A stretch of DNA of 64,000 bases from Octopus vulgaris (GCA_951406725.2 OX597817.1:3100001-3164000); one strand, 5' to 3'; positions 51,516-64,000 are shown, counted from the stretch's first letter. Numbers and translations: made by a program. The notes: generated by a model not told the origin, from the letters alone.

Positions 51516-52345
51516 TTTATATGAATTCTAGCAATAAAAAAGTTTATATAGTTTGAGCTATTCTGTGGGAAGACTAGATTGTTCCCTCTCATCATCTTAG
51601 GAGAGAAAGAAAGAATGAAAGAAAGAAGGAAAGAAAGAAGGAAAGAAGAAAAGAAAATACGAAAGAGAGAATGAAAAAGCGAGGGAGAGAGCAAAATCGT
51701 TTCAAATTTAACAAGGGAGATAACAGACAATATACATTGATGTTACAATTATTTCCCTTGAAAGGAAGTTACCTCCCTTATTAAAACTTGTATTTTTCCT
51801 TTTGGGCTGAAAATATTCTTGATTGAATCTTGTGAAAGCTAGATGTTACCCACCGAAGTAAACACAAATACTTATAACTAGTGCAAGGATAATCTGTTGT
51901 GGTTAAAAAATGTATCGATCCGAACAACTTTTGATCGCACAAAAGCATTTAGTATTTAGCAGGACGAGAGAGATTTGCTGGAGAGAAGTGAAACGGTTTG
52001 AATCCATCTAAAGCCGTTCTGAAGGCATTAGCAAAAGTGAAACTATTTATTATATTGAATTGTGATAATCACAAACAATTTAGAAGATAAAGATGGAAGA
52101 AGGGCCAACAAAACTAAAAAGTAATTTTAAAGAAATCGCGGTTGGTTGAAATAAATGTCGGAATTTAAGTGAATTTGAAATAGTATGAATCAAGAGTGTT
52201 GTTTTGCTAATTCTGCCTTTCAAAGTAGCTTCTTCATATCTCCTCCTCGCCTCCTTTAATTGTTTCTGTCTTCTGATTTTCCACTTCATACGTGCGTGTG
52301 TGAGTGCGCGCGCGCGTACGTGTGTGTTGTGTGTGCATACGTGTG

Positions 52346-52384
<39 letters not shown>

Positions 52385-52407
52385 CATGCACACGCATATA
52401 GATAGAT

Positions 52408-52468
<61 letters not shown>

Positions 52469-54547
52469 CAGACATGTTGCAAGGGAGGTAATTATGAATT
52501 ATTATTGGCAAACTTGCAGATGCAAGTGTCATCAGTTGAAAGCTCCGCCCACTGGACTCTAGCAGGCCCATGGGATCATCAGAACAGAATGCACACAGGA
52601 TTTCTTTGGTGGGTGGGTAGGTAGGTGGGATTTTCCCTTTACAGTATTTATGCGCACCGGCAATTTTGCCGTTTACTCCCTATGTTTAAAGGGTATTTTT
52701 AAGGTTTAATCAATTTAAAACATTTATAAACATATACTAATATTGTCTTTTCGCTCATGAATTTCTTTTTCATTTTTGTTACCATTGGATAATGACTTAA
52801 AATTCACTGAGCTGCGACTCTAATCACACTATTTTAATCAACCAAATTCCATTTCACTCCACCTGTAATGACTATACAGCAGAATCTCAAACCGATAACA
52901 TTACGCACTTTTGGACAGGAATATTTGTCCAGGAATAATTGCCTGACATCTACGTAGTGTTATAGAGTTTGGAAAATTAATTATTCTTCAAAGGAATATT
53001 TAAAAAAAATTTTTAAATGAATAAAGTTAATCGTATATATTTTACCTTATGGTTGATTAAGTGCAAACATTTTCCCTTAATTGCTCCTTCTAATACGTTT
53101 CTGTCCTGGTACCTAAGGAAGAAATCTCAAGTGATGAAATAATTATTGTCAGAAAATTTGCAAAATTTAAAGGCATGTAGCCATCAATTCTGAAGGGGAG
53201 GGGTTACCCGACTCCATCGACCCCCATCAATTGACGGGTACCATATTTTATTAATCACAAAAGGATGAAAGGCAAGTTTTAACGATTCTGCTGATCAGCT
53301 TCGGCATTGACAATCATTTTAAAATCAAATCTAATTGAACAACTAAGAAATTAATTTATAGCATCAGTTTCTGAGTTTCTTCAGCATAAAATGTTCTCTT
53401 GAATATTTGACATTGACGTCATTCGACTTCATTTTGGTTCGATATTTTCAGGATGAATATTTAGGCATTTTATGATCTCTAGTAACTAATCGAATAAAGC
53501 AAATCAGTTTACTGTAATTATGCATTATTTGCAATGCTGCAATATTGTTATAAACTCTTTCTTTATGACGATAACCTTGGATGTCAGAATGAATATGTTA
53601 AAAAAAATAAATAAAACACATACGCGGCGATCGGTCAAAATGTTAACAGTTTAAAGAGTAAAATACTATGATTGTAGTAGTACCGTCCACAGGTGCCCAT
53701 TAGTTTAAAGAAAATACTTATGCAGTGTACAGTAAAAAACTGAAATCATGCGCAACCAGTGCAGTGAGATCCCTAGTAGACGCAGAGAGAACTAGAACTC
53801 TGACGGCAAACAGGGAATGTGAAATAAATTATTCTATGTAGATTACCATAATTAGCATTAAAAATGGTCAGAGTGATAGTAACAAATCCAAGAAGCAAGT
53901 AAAAGAAGCGTATGACAACCAGACAGACTTGCATAATATTAACACAATAATTACGTATATAAAAAAAAACAGTCTTGCATCATACGCTCCCTACACAGAA
54001 ACAGTATACAGTTAAAGTTTCCTAGCTTACCTAGACTCATAATCGTTGATGATATCTTAAGGAGACCAAACACGAATAACATTATCAAAATTATATATCA
54101 AAGACTTCCTCTTGAAGACCACAAATTACTTCAGTCCTCATCCTTTGTTGATTCTCATCCATCCTAAAGAATTCAGAGCAAGTGTGTGGGCATGCACCGT
54201 TGCAGTGCGTTAATGTATTCTCCATATGTCGGTATATTCCCGGGTCACCCCCCAGGGCGACCCCCTCCAGCAGAGTCGCAGTTAGTCCCCATCTCCGGAA
54301 GAAACCTCTTCATCTGTCGTGATCATGTGACATGTGGTAGATGCATAGACAGTTCGAGATTAAAATGAATGGAAACATGAAAATCTATAGGTCAACGAGG
54401 AAGTATATATGTGTATGTCTATGCATATATATGTGTATATATATATATACACATATATATGTGTGTGCGTGTGTGTGTGGGTATATACATATATATGTGT
54501 GTGTATATGTATATGTATATATATACGTGTGTATATATGTATATATA

Positions 54548-54725
54548 TGGTTGGAATTTACAAAAACAAATAAACAAAACAAAAGACGAAAACGGGTGTG
54601 TAAACAACAAACAGATGTATTAGTTTAACGCTCGGGAAGTCAGAAAGTCTTTTACGTTTCGAGCTTACGCTCTTCAACAGAAAAGAACATAGAAATAAAC
54701 AGAAAGAAAATAAAAAGAGAGAAAT
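54548..54725 (-). mobile_element. Microsatellite-embedded repeat related to 835-1026, with a hammerhead-like motif
   Basis: gaagagc..gctcgaaacgt and ttcc.gagcgt..taatac blocks shared; TA/TG tracts on both sides. Confidence 0.6.
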
Positions 54726-54923
54726 GTGTATTTATATGTGTGTGCATATATGTATATATGTATGCTAATATATATATATGTATATGCATATATGTATATA
54801 TATATGTATGTATATGTATATATATATATATGTATATGTATGTATATATATGTATATGTATATATATGTATATATATATGTATATATATATGCATATATG
54901 TATATGTCTATATATATATGTAG

Positions 54924-54973
<50 letters not shown>

Positions 54974-54974
<1 letters not shown>

Positions 54975-55373
54975 AATGTCTGCCAAACTTTTTTACCTTA
55001 CGACACACTGGACGAGCAGAATGTATTTTCTGGTACACCAAATAAAAATCCCAATAAAATTGAGTATATTTTATTAGCATGAAAAAAAAAGAAGTAAAGT
55101 TCTTCTTATAGCAACAATAATATATGATTATATATATATATATATATAATTTTATAATTTTATATTTTATATTGAACACATTTTTGATTATCGCTCGCAT
55201 ATGACCGTTATTTGAAAGGACCAATCAAACAAGTCCATTTTTAAAGGTGTAACGTTTATACTAGTCTTGATAGAATTGTCATATCAGTTCTATTTTAACA
55301 AAACTGTCCGACGAACTGGAACGTGAAACTCCAAGTAACAGATTTTGTTGAATTTCTGCTGCTTTTAAATAAA

Positions 55374-55409
<36 letters not shown>

Positions 55410-57240
55410 AAATAGTAATTTTTTAGTGAAAAGGACGCAATTAATTTTAAGAAAGAATTTTATCAAAACGCGGTTCGATATTAGATAAACAGATACTCTT
55501 CATCTACCATCAGTAATCCTTCCCGTTGTTTTTAGTTTTACTTTATTTTTATAAGCGCAGAGATGCCTAATTGGTAAAGATACAATGACCCAAAGGGCAA
55601 CAGAGATTTAACGGCTGTCGTAGCTAATCGAGGATATTTACTCCAAAGCGAAATCCAAAATTCTGACACTCCCAGCTCAGAAAATGAGGCTTTGTGCACA
55701 TGGTCATTTTTCAAGACTATTAAATTTTCTTCTTCTGTTAATATTAATGGCAGGTGTGTACTGCCGTATCTTGCGAAAGGATTGAGGACCCACCCGTACA
55801 TTTAATAATCAAGTGATGGAAAATACTTAGAAAATGATACAGAGAGATTTCCTACTGTCCTCTGCACTTCTGATAACAGATTTAAATTTGTTTGCAAAAG
55901 CCTCTACGCCTGGGAAGCAATCAAGCTGCGAGTTTTTAACTTTTCTTACCCACAGTTCTAACTTGTCGGTGAAAGACTTTAATTTGCCTGTAATTGTAAT
56001 AATATTTTCTTTAGTTCATTGAAGACTCTAATTTGAAATAATCAACTTCTCAAAAAGATCGTTGAGAAATGCTGCTTCCAGCCACCAATTATCATCGCCA
56101 GAATTTTCACCATCGAAGCAACATATTATTCCACTTCGCAAACAGATAAATCGAGAGAGCACTCTTCCTTTCGAGAGCCATCGAAATTCTGTATGAAACA
56201 CTAAACACTTAAAATCAGAATTCATAGTTTCACATAGGAATGCAAAAAGTCTGCACCCTTGGGAATGCGATTTTATGTCATTCACCACTTTAACAACGTT
56301 GTCCATCGTCTTCGGGAGATCACGAGGGAGAGATTTTGACACCAAAATTTCGAGGTGAGTCATGCAATGTACAATTTTAACTTGTGAATATTTTGTAATA
56401 CATGAGCCGTGAAGCCTTTTTTTTTTCGACCCGGCATGGGTGGAGCGGATCAGTGCAAATGCTAATACAAGTTTGCCACTGCATCTCTCTCAATACATTT
56501 TGGTTTACCAGGTTAAAGACATCCCCTGTCGTTCCTTCAATTCACAACGAATGAGATACTGACTTATGATTTTCTATCTCAGATGATTCGTAGAAAGGAA
56601 GTTAGTTGAGCTTTGTTGCTAATGTCTGGACTTTCATCGACTTTTAAGGCCAAGTTTTCGAGTTCATTTTTTTGCTTCAGTGAAAAGTTCGCGGAGCTGA
56701 TCATCAATGTCACGCGAAATGTCTTGAATTTTTCGAGAAATCGCATGGGCAGACAAAGGAATGGTCTTAATTCGTTTGACGGTTTCATCACTAATCATTG
56801 TGCCCACGGCATTCTCCAAGGCTGGTAAAATAATGTTTTTGGCATCAGAATGTGTGTTTTTTTTTCTTATTTACCAAAAGCTGGGCAATCTTTCTCGGGA
56901 AATGAGTGAAATTTCTTCAGCCTTTTTGATTGAATTTTAAAATTATTTTTTATTATCTCAAAGTATTCTTTTGCTTTGTCCTTATGTTGCGTATGATTTG
57001 TTATTAAATGACATTGGAGTTTCCTAGGAACCATCGCTTCATTTCAGAGTGTTGTTAAACAAATCATACAAAAAGGAACCGAGCTGTCTTTTCCGATAAT
57101 ATAAAACCAATTTTCATAAAGTTTTTATTTTGAGGAGGTGGACTTTTTATTCTTGTTTGTTATGACTTTTTATTCTGATGTTTGTCTTGTTTGTTTTGAC
57201 TCTAATTTTTCTGATGTCTCAAAATCATTTGTCCATGTTT
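54974..57240 (-). mobile_element. Degraded hAT (Buster/Charlie, ZBED5/8-like) transposon
   Basis: LKVDESPDISNKAQL, LVFHTEFRWLSKGRVLSRF, FWISLWSKYPRLATTAVKSLLPFGSLYL; terminus-like caatgtctgccaaac near 54974. Confidence 0.85.
55304..55341 (+). ncRNA. Degenerate type I hammerhead motif
   Basis: CTGT-CCGACGA-AC-tggaac-GT-GAAA-CT-cca-AG-TA/ACAG; U4 is replaced by C. Confidence 0.5.
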
Positions 57241-57479
57241 AGAATCTAAAACTAAAAATCGATTAAAATTAACATAAATTAATTTATGTAAATTATAAAT
57301 AAATAAAAAATTAAAAACTACAAGAAGTATTAAACAATTTACTTATAGACAATCCCGATTTAAATGGAGAGATGTAATAAATTGTAGCAAAACTGCTGTT
57401 TGTCGTGTAACGCAATTAATTCATATTTACCGTATTTTACAATTTATATTTACGCTCGAATACGCCTATGTTCTTGGAT

Positions 57480-59910
57480 CCCTAAAACCAACGAAATTTT
57501 CGTTCCAGCAATCTTCTAAACAATCACGCACAACAAACCCGTACCACACGTAATAATTACCAACATCCGAACATGGGATATAGGGACACACCTTTCAATA
57601 CCTTCCCAAGAACCTGCACCATAAATCACAACAGGGCACCCCGCAACAACAAGGAACAACTACACAACAGCTAGCGTCCCAATCACCTCCATCAGTTTTT
57701 AGATCCAATACGCAAACAAAAACACGAGATAGCACCAGACAGACAGACAGGAAGAACCGAAAGTGATAGAAATCATCAATCTAACTCACAAAAACATCTA
57801 ACAGCAAAGCAAATCAACATACTCTCCAAAGGGCTCAAGTTTACACCCACCCCCTACTACAACGAAATGAAAGAAGATGTCGCGGAATTCTGTAAAAAAT
57901 TACGACTCACTGAGGAGCTATACGACAAATACAACGAGGACGAATCGTTAGTCCGAAATTGAAGTAACTACACCCCTTCAAAAGGCAAGAACAAAACTCT
58001 TGGCCATTTCTGTAAATACATCTCTAATTACCCATATCAACAATAACACAAACAAAAACACAAGCCAAACTTCAGCAAAAAAGAATGGGCTGAGCTGAAC
58101 AAATTAAATGATGATAAAACAAAAACAAAGATGCTGATAAGAGGAGAGCAGTTGTCTTAATGGACACGGTATACTATATAACTCTAGTAATATCCATATT
58201 AGAAGACACCAAATATTAAGAAAAGGACCAACGCTAAGGTCAGGAGAAAATAATGAGAAACTTAAAATCGATGTTGAACCTATACAGAGAAAGGCTCACC
58301 GACAGGGAATACGATTATATGATTTCAAAAGTAAATCCAGTCAATTCTACGGTATTCCTAAAATACACAAAAGTGAGAAAATAAGTAAGGCATACAGGAT
58401 AGCCACAGACATAATAATCAAGGTCCCTACGCCTAATGATCTCAAATTGAGACCTATAATAGCAGGTTTCGCATGCGAAACCCGTCGCCTCGGTAACTTT
58501 TTAGATACCTTCTTAAAACTATTCCTTAAGCGTATCAAAAGCTACATAAGGGACCACCTGGATATGCTCAATCACCTCACTAAAACAATAAGCAAAGACA
58601 CCCTACTAGTATCCTTCGATGTAGTCAACATCTATTCTAATATTCCTCACAGCCTAAGAATTGAGGCAATTCAATTCTGGCTAGAGAATGACGCCAATGA
58701 ACTCCCACATCGCATCAAAAAAGAATTCTTAATAAACGGGCTAAAATTCATCTTGGAGAATAACTACTTTGTATTCAAAGACAACTTCTATCGACAAAAA
58801 TTGTGGACTGCGATGGGTACGAGAATGGCCCCCTCCTTTGCTAACCAAGTCATGGGATATCTAGAAATCAGTCTTTATCGTAAGGTACTAGAGAAATACG
58901 GCAACCCATTCTTCCTCTACATAGAAAATAACTGGAAAAAATACCTGGATGACTGTTTCATTCTTTAGCATGAAATTATAGAGATTTAAAGAATTTCAAC
59001 CACTTATAAATGAACTTGACGTAAACTTTCAATTTCCGATGGAATATAGCCATCAACAACTTCCTTTCCTCGACATCCTCGTTAAGAAATCTAACAACGA
59101 AATAGAAACGTATATACTATAAGCCCACGGACTCCAAGCAATATCTACCGTTCAACTCAGTGGGTCGTATTTTTCTACGACATTTGCGCCAATAACAAAC
59201 AACCCTGCTTCAGAATTTTCCCCTCTATCAATTCAGGGACGATACAACCTGTAGTCAGTGATAAAGAGTCATTCTTTATCACAAAATATAAACCCCTTTT
59301 GGATGCATCCACCAAAAATGACACTGTCACCAGGGCCTTAGAATAACACCCACGCAAATATTGAAAACGATATACTCAAATCAGTCGCTTCCCATGAATT
59401 TATTCAGAACAATACTATTACAATCCCAAACGGGTCACTTTTAGGTCACATGACCATTTAAGAGGATTCCACCAACATCCTGCTACTGTCATACCACTCC
59501 AGCATTCTTCTTCTTCTTCTTCTTCTTCTTCTTCTTCTTCTTCTTCTTCTTCTTCTTCTTCTTCTTCTTCCTCCTCCTCCTCTATCTTCTTCTTCTTCTT
59601 CTTCTTCTTCTTCTTCTTCTTCTTCTTCTTCTTCTTCTTCTTCTTCGTTCCTTTCTCTACTACTACCGTTGCTTAAACAATCAAGAATTCATATCAAACT
59701 AGCTGCTGCTAACTACCCAGAACCCACAAGAGTAAAAAAGAGAGACAGAGACAGACAGAAAAAAATAAAGAAAATGTACCTTGCATTTGAAAACTATAGA
59801 AATATTTTTCAAAAACATTTCATTTAATTTTTCCACAATTCAATTGTTTTTCATGCTCTAAGTTGAAAAAGTCGCAGACTGAAATCGGTACTAAGATGTT
59901 CTTCATGATA
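57480..59910 (+). mobile_element. Penelope-like retroelement 1 (RT, deleted GIY-YIG region, 3' hammerhead)
   Basis: LSKGLKFTPTP, FYGIPKIHK, LRPIIAG, SFDVVNIYSNIP, TAMGTRMAPSFAN, YLDDCF, LPFLDILV; C-terminal KESFFITKYKPLL near 59265-59305. Confidence 0.88.
59857..59896 (+). ncRNA. Type I hammerhead candidate, U3-A8 core variant
   Basis: TCTAAG-TTGAAAA-AGTC-gca-GACT-GAAA-TCGG-TA/CTAAGA, downstream of the PLE ORF. Confidence 0.55.
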
Positions 59911-60089
59911 GAATTACTGGGGAGAGTCATTCTCTTTTTGTGCCTTATAATGTAACACACTCACCGGTAAAATTTCCACTTATTTCTTATTTTTATTTTC
60001 CTAAAATTTTCGTTGCGTCTTGCAACCTTTTCAATAGTCTTGACTCTGTCCGCTATTTACACTGCATTCCCTTTTTCTTTGTTTGTGCG

Positions 60090-60163
<74 letters not shown>

Positions 60164-60683
60164 TGTTTTGCAACTATGTACCATGTTTGTATGTATGGAT
60201 GTGCATCTCTATATGTGAGGATCCGTGTCTCCATATGTGTTCTTGTGTGGAGTAAAGTGTGTGTATATATATGGTCATGTGTTTCAGACTCCATTTGCGT
60301 ATGTGTGATTGTCTGTTCTTATAACCTATTTTCCTATTCGTCTGTATGTTGATCTGTTTATTCTCATAACCATATGTTTAGATACAAAAAAATTTTAATG
60401 TGCATACACACACACACACATACATCTCTCTACAGTCCACTAACTATTCTACTCTACCCGTGTAAACTGTAGGTATGGAGGTATGATATCTATTATGTAT
60501 ATTTCCTATTTAGTTTAGGAGCGATTTCATTTCTAAGGACGTACTTCCGTATTTGTCAACCCTAGGGAACTGGGCCTACTCCTCAGAATATGCTATGACA
60601 GTAACTATTTAGATGACTATGACCTCAGTAGATTCTGCCCCGCCAGGACACAGAGGGGAAGACCACCCACAATCACTTCAGCA

Positions 60684-62070
60684 GTGAATAAAAGCACCAC
60701 AGAGCACTATAGTGGCTGGGCCGCAGCCATCCCAAACCCTGAGAACAACAATCAGGTGAAAGAAATGATTGCACAAGCAATAGCAGCCAGTGTAAAAACC
60801 ACCTTGAACAACCACATAGTAAAGTTTAACAAAAAACTATACAAGCAGGTTCAGGGTGCAGCCATCGGTGTCAGTGTAGCTGGAGATGTGGCTGGCCTCT
60901 TCATGACCTGGTGGGACAGAAAACTTAAACAAATGTTAGCAGAACAGTTCACAACTCTTCTACTCTACAGTAGATATGTAGATGACATTGATATCATAGT
61001 TAGGACCAACTCTAGTGACGCTAATGTAGAAACTGAGAAGAAAGTAATGGAGAACATCTGCAAATAGCTAACTCCATCCACCAAAGTATCAAGGTAACTA
61101 TAGATTACCCCACTAAGCAACCCAACAATAGACTCCCGTACTTGATACTGAACTTTGGTTAAAGACTGTGAACAATAGAGTGCAGCTCCTCCACTCCTAT
61201 TACATGAAACCCATAACTTCAAAATATGTTGTTCACAAAAACTCAGCTTTGTCACACAACATGAAAATTAACATACTAATAGCAGACTTAGTTAGAATAA
61301 TGAACAATGTGTCTCTACTATGCGAACTCTATGAAATGAAAAAAACATATGTAGAACTTCATGCACCGCCTGCAGTTCTCTGGATATGATCAGAAAGATA
61401 GGGTTCGAGTATACTGGGGAGATCGAAAGAAATTAGACAACATTATACGTAATTCTATCAGTGGTACCTGCCCTAGATATAGAAACAAAGAATGGAATAG
61501 GATACAAAGAACTTGTGACAAAGCAAACAGGGCGAACACGTGGTATAAAACCGACAAATATCAAGGAGTGATGTTTGTAGAGGTCACAGCCCAAGGAGAA
61601 CTAGCCCGTAGATTTAGAAAAGCTTTGAAGGAGACCAACCTCAACATTAAGATTGGTGAAAAGCTAGGGAACTCCGTCATCATCACAACTATGTAGGACG
61701 TACCCCTTTAAGAATACCATACGCACCGATGAAAACTGCATGCTATGTAGGATTAGCCCTGGCATTAACTGTAGAACTCGAAATGTAGCTTACAACATAA
61801 GATGCATAGAAGTTGCTTGTAAAGACATGAACATGATGTACATAGGGGAGACATCTAGGAGCATTGCGGAACGACTAAATGACGATCTGAGACAATATTA
61901 TGACAAAAAACAGTCCTCTATACTCTACCAGCATGCCAAAGACCACTGTGGAGGCATCTTGGGTCAACTTGACATCCGCATCTTATCCAAGCACCCAAAA
62001 AACCCAACACTCCGACAAATACGGGAGTACGTCCTTATAAATGAAACCTCCTCAATACTAAATACTTCAA
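60684..62070 (+). mobile_element. Penelope-like retroelement 2 (5'-truncated RT plus GIY-YIG endonuclease)
   Basis: YKQVQGAAIG, YSRYVDDI, YYMKPITS, CRTRNVAYNIRC..MYIGETSRSIAERL; frameshifted. Confidence 0.85.
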
Positions 62071-62074
62071 TATA

Positions 62075-62230
62075 TCAACTCAGTGTTTCACTGGTACATA
62101 ATTTATCGACCCTCAAAGGATGAAAAGCTAAGTCGACCTCGGTGGAATTTGAACTCAGAATGTAAAGACGGACGAAATGCCGCTAGACACTTTTCCCAGT
62201 GTGCTGGCGATTCTGCCAGCACGACGCCTT
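62075..62230 (-). mobile_element. SINE family B, diverged, inserted in the 3' end of PLE 2
   Basis: Reverse complement of the family B head and body. Confidence 0.65.
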
Positions 62231-62323
62231 TTGCTTGTTTAATGAAAAGGAAAATACATAATAGAAGTAGGCCACCGTATTGTGTGGCACTTTAGTTCCT
62301 TGTGAATGTGGTGTGTGTTTGTT

Positions 62324-62371
<48 letters not shown>

Positions 62372-63174
62372 TGTGTGTATGTATCTGTGCGTGTAATGAC
62401 ACACAAAAAAATAACAGCGATAAAAATGTCAATCATTGTTATTTCACAATATCTAATTCTATAATCGAGAAAAGCCCAGATGTTAAGATCATATAAATAG
62501 AAAAATTTTATGCAGTCGTGTACAAAAGTGTACATGTGTGTATCTGTACGTTTGTGTGTGTGTGTGAGCGGTCTTCTAGTGAGTGAGCCGTGTGTGTAGG
62601 TGTATGAACATTTGATTATGAGCATGAGTGTATTGACTAAAGTGTATTGACTAAAGTGTATTGACTAAAACTACCTGTTGCAACTGCATTGCCAGCTGAG
62701 AGCAGCATTTGAGGTCAACCATTATGTAGTATGGCGTAAACATAGATTTTTTACTAATTTACGATATTAACACTGCAAACTAGATTCGAGGGAAATTTTG
62801 CATCCTCGCTTAGACTGTTAGAAACAGAAATCAAATCTAACACATGTTCATACTCAACTGTGACAAAAAATAAAAATCGGGGCTGGGGTCACATTGGAAA
62901 GTATATTTCCATATATCTATTATAAAGTAAGGTGAGACGGTCACAGCTGTAGGGTCAATGACTTCTGGTCTGCACAGTGAAAGTTGATTTGAGATTTTCT
63001 ACAACCACCAACGACACAATTATATTTATATATTTGGAACGAAGTGGTGATTGATGAAATCCAGAAAAATTGTAAAGTAGAGCGCAAAATAACAAGCTCG
63101 ATCCTCAATCCAAGTCGTCAAAAGCCCTTCTGTAGTTAACAAATGACCAGGGAAATTACACACGCATGCCCGCA

Positions 63175-63268
<94 letters not shown>

Positions 63269-63330
63269 CATATACATACAGGTATAAACAATCAGCCAGC
63301 CATCCAAATATGTGTGTGTTTATATATATA

Positions 63331-63870
63331 TTGGGTTGTCTGGAAAGTTCGTGCCGATTTATAGTAGCTTACTTTTCGACTTATTTTAAAACATGTTTGA
63401 GTCCATAAAATGGAACAAATAACATGAGCCACCCTTAGCCACTCCAAAAGCGGGTCTTCGCCCTAAAAAAGTCTTGCTTTGTGTCTGGTGGGATTGGAAA
63501 GGAATTCTGTACTATGAGCTCCTCCCAAGTAACCAGACAATTCTGAGAAATACTGCACACAACTGGACGAGTTAAAAGCAGCAATTCAAGAGAAACGACT
63601 AGAATTGGCCAACAGGAAGGGTGTTGTTTTCCAACATGATAATGGGAGACTGCACGTTTCTTTGAGAACCAGACAAAAATTGCTGCAGCTCGGCTGGTAT
63701 GTGTTACCCCACCCTCCATATTCACTAGATATTGCTCCTTCGGATTTCCACTTATTTAGGTCTCTGCAGAATAGTTTTAATGGTAAAAATTTCAATTCCT
63801 TGGATGACGTAAAAAGATACCTTGATGAATTCTTTGCCATGAAACCACTTCAGTTATGGGAAGTGGGCAT
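63331..63870 (+). mobile_element. Mariner (DD34D) fragment, same family as 25417-25982
   Basis: TA plus left TIR; CVWWDWKGILYYELL and HDN...APSD with 34 residues between the aspartates; no right TIR seen. Confidence 0.92.
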
Positions 63871-64000
63871 TTGTATTCACTTTGATGAAGCTCCATGTAC
63901 CAGATCGAATGTGCTATATGGATGACGAATATTATTTTCGGAATTTTCTTTGTAGGCACCGACTGGCATTGGTAGGCGAAACGGCCGTAAGCAGTGTTAA

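Noticed and set aside
53700-54370. Degraded LINE ORF1 with zinc knuckle (GHAPLQC)
   Set aside because: Only a partial motif; not enough to call.
62627-62668. 14-bp unit x3 (also short duplications near 15846/15956 and 38654)
   Set aside because: Ordinary local tandem duplications with no sign of function.

Overview
This is AT-rich, microsatellite-dense animal DNA, most likely from an octopod cephalopod (inferred from the repeat families, not proven). The one clear host gene is an organic-anion transporter (SLCO/OATP, SLCO4A1-like) on the + strand. Its last seven coding exons (8827-31898) have GT-AG boundaries and join in frame; earlier exons lie before the window. The rest is a transposon mosaic: three tRNA-derived SINE families, RTE and CR1/Jockey-type LINE pieces, two different Penelope-like elements (PLEs), mariner, Tigger and hAT/Buster relics, and non-autonomous Helitrons. 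The main hidden signal is a set of at least eight type I hammerhead-ribozyme-like motifs from several unrelated short families. They include an inverted pair, two U3-A8 core covariants and one at the 3' end of a PLE, which suggests a PLE/retrozyme-like mobile RNA system. Other signals: fixed-junction SINE multimers, a covarying 3' hairpin shared by a SINE and a LINE, a consensus ERE palindrome in an SLCO intron, and several fold-backs. All structures were read by eye; none was computed or tested.
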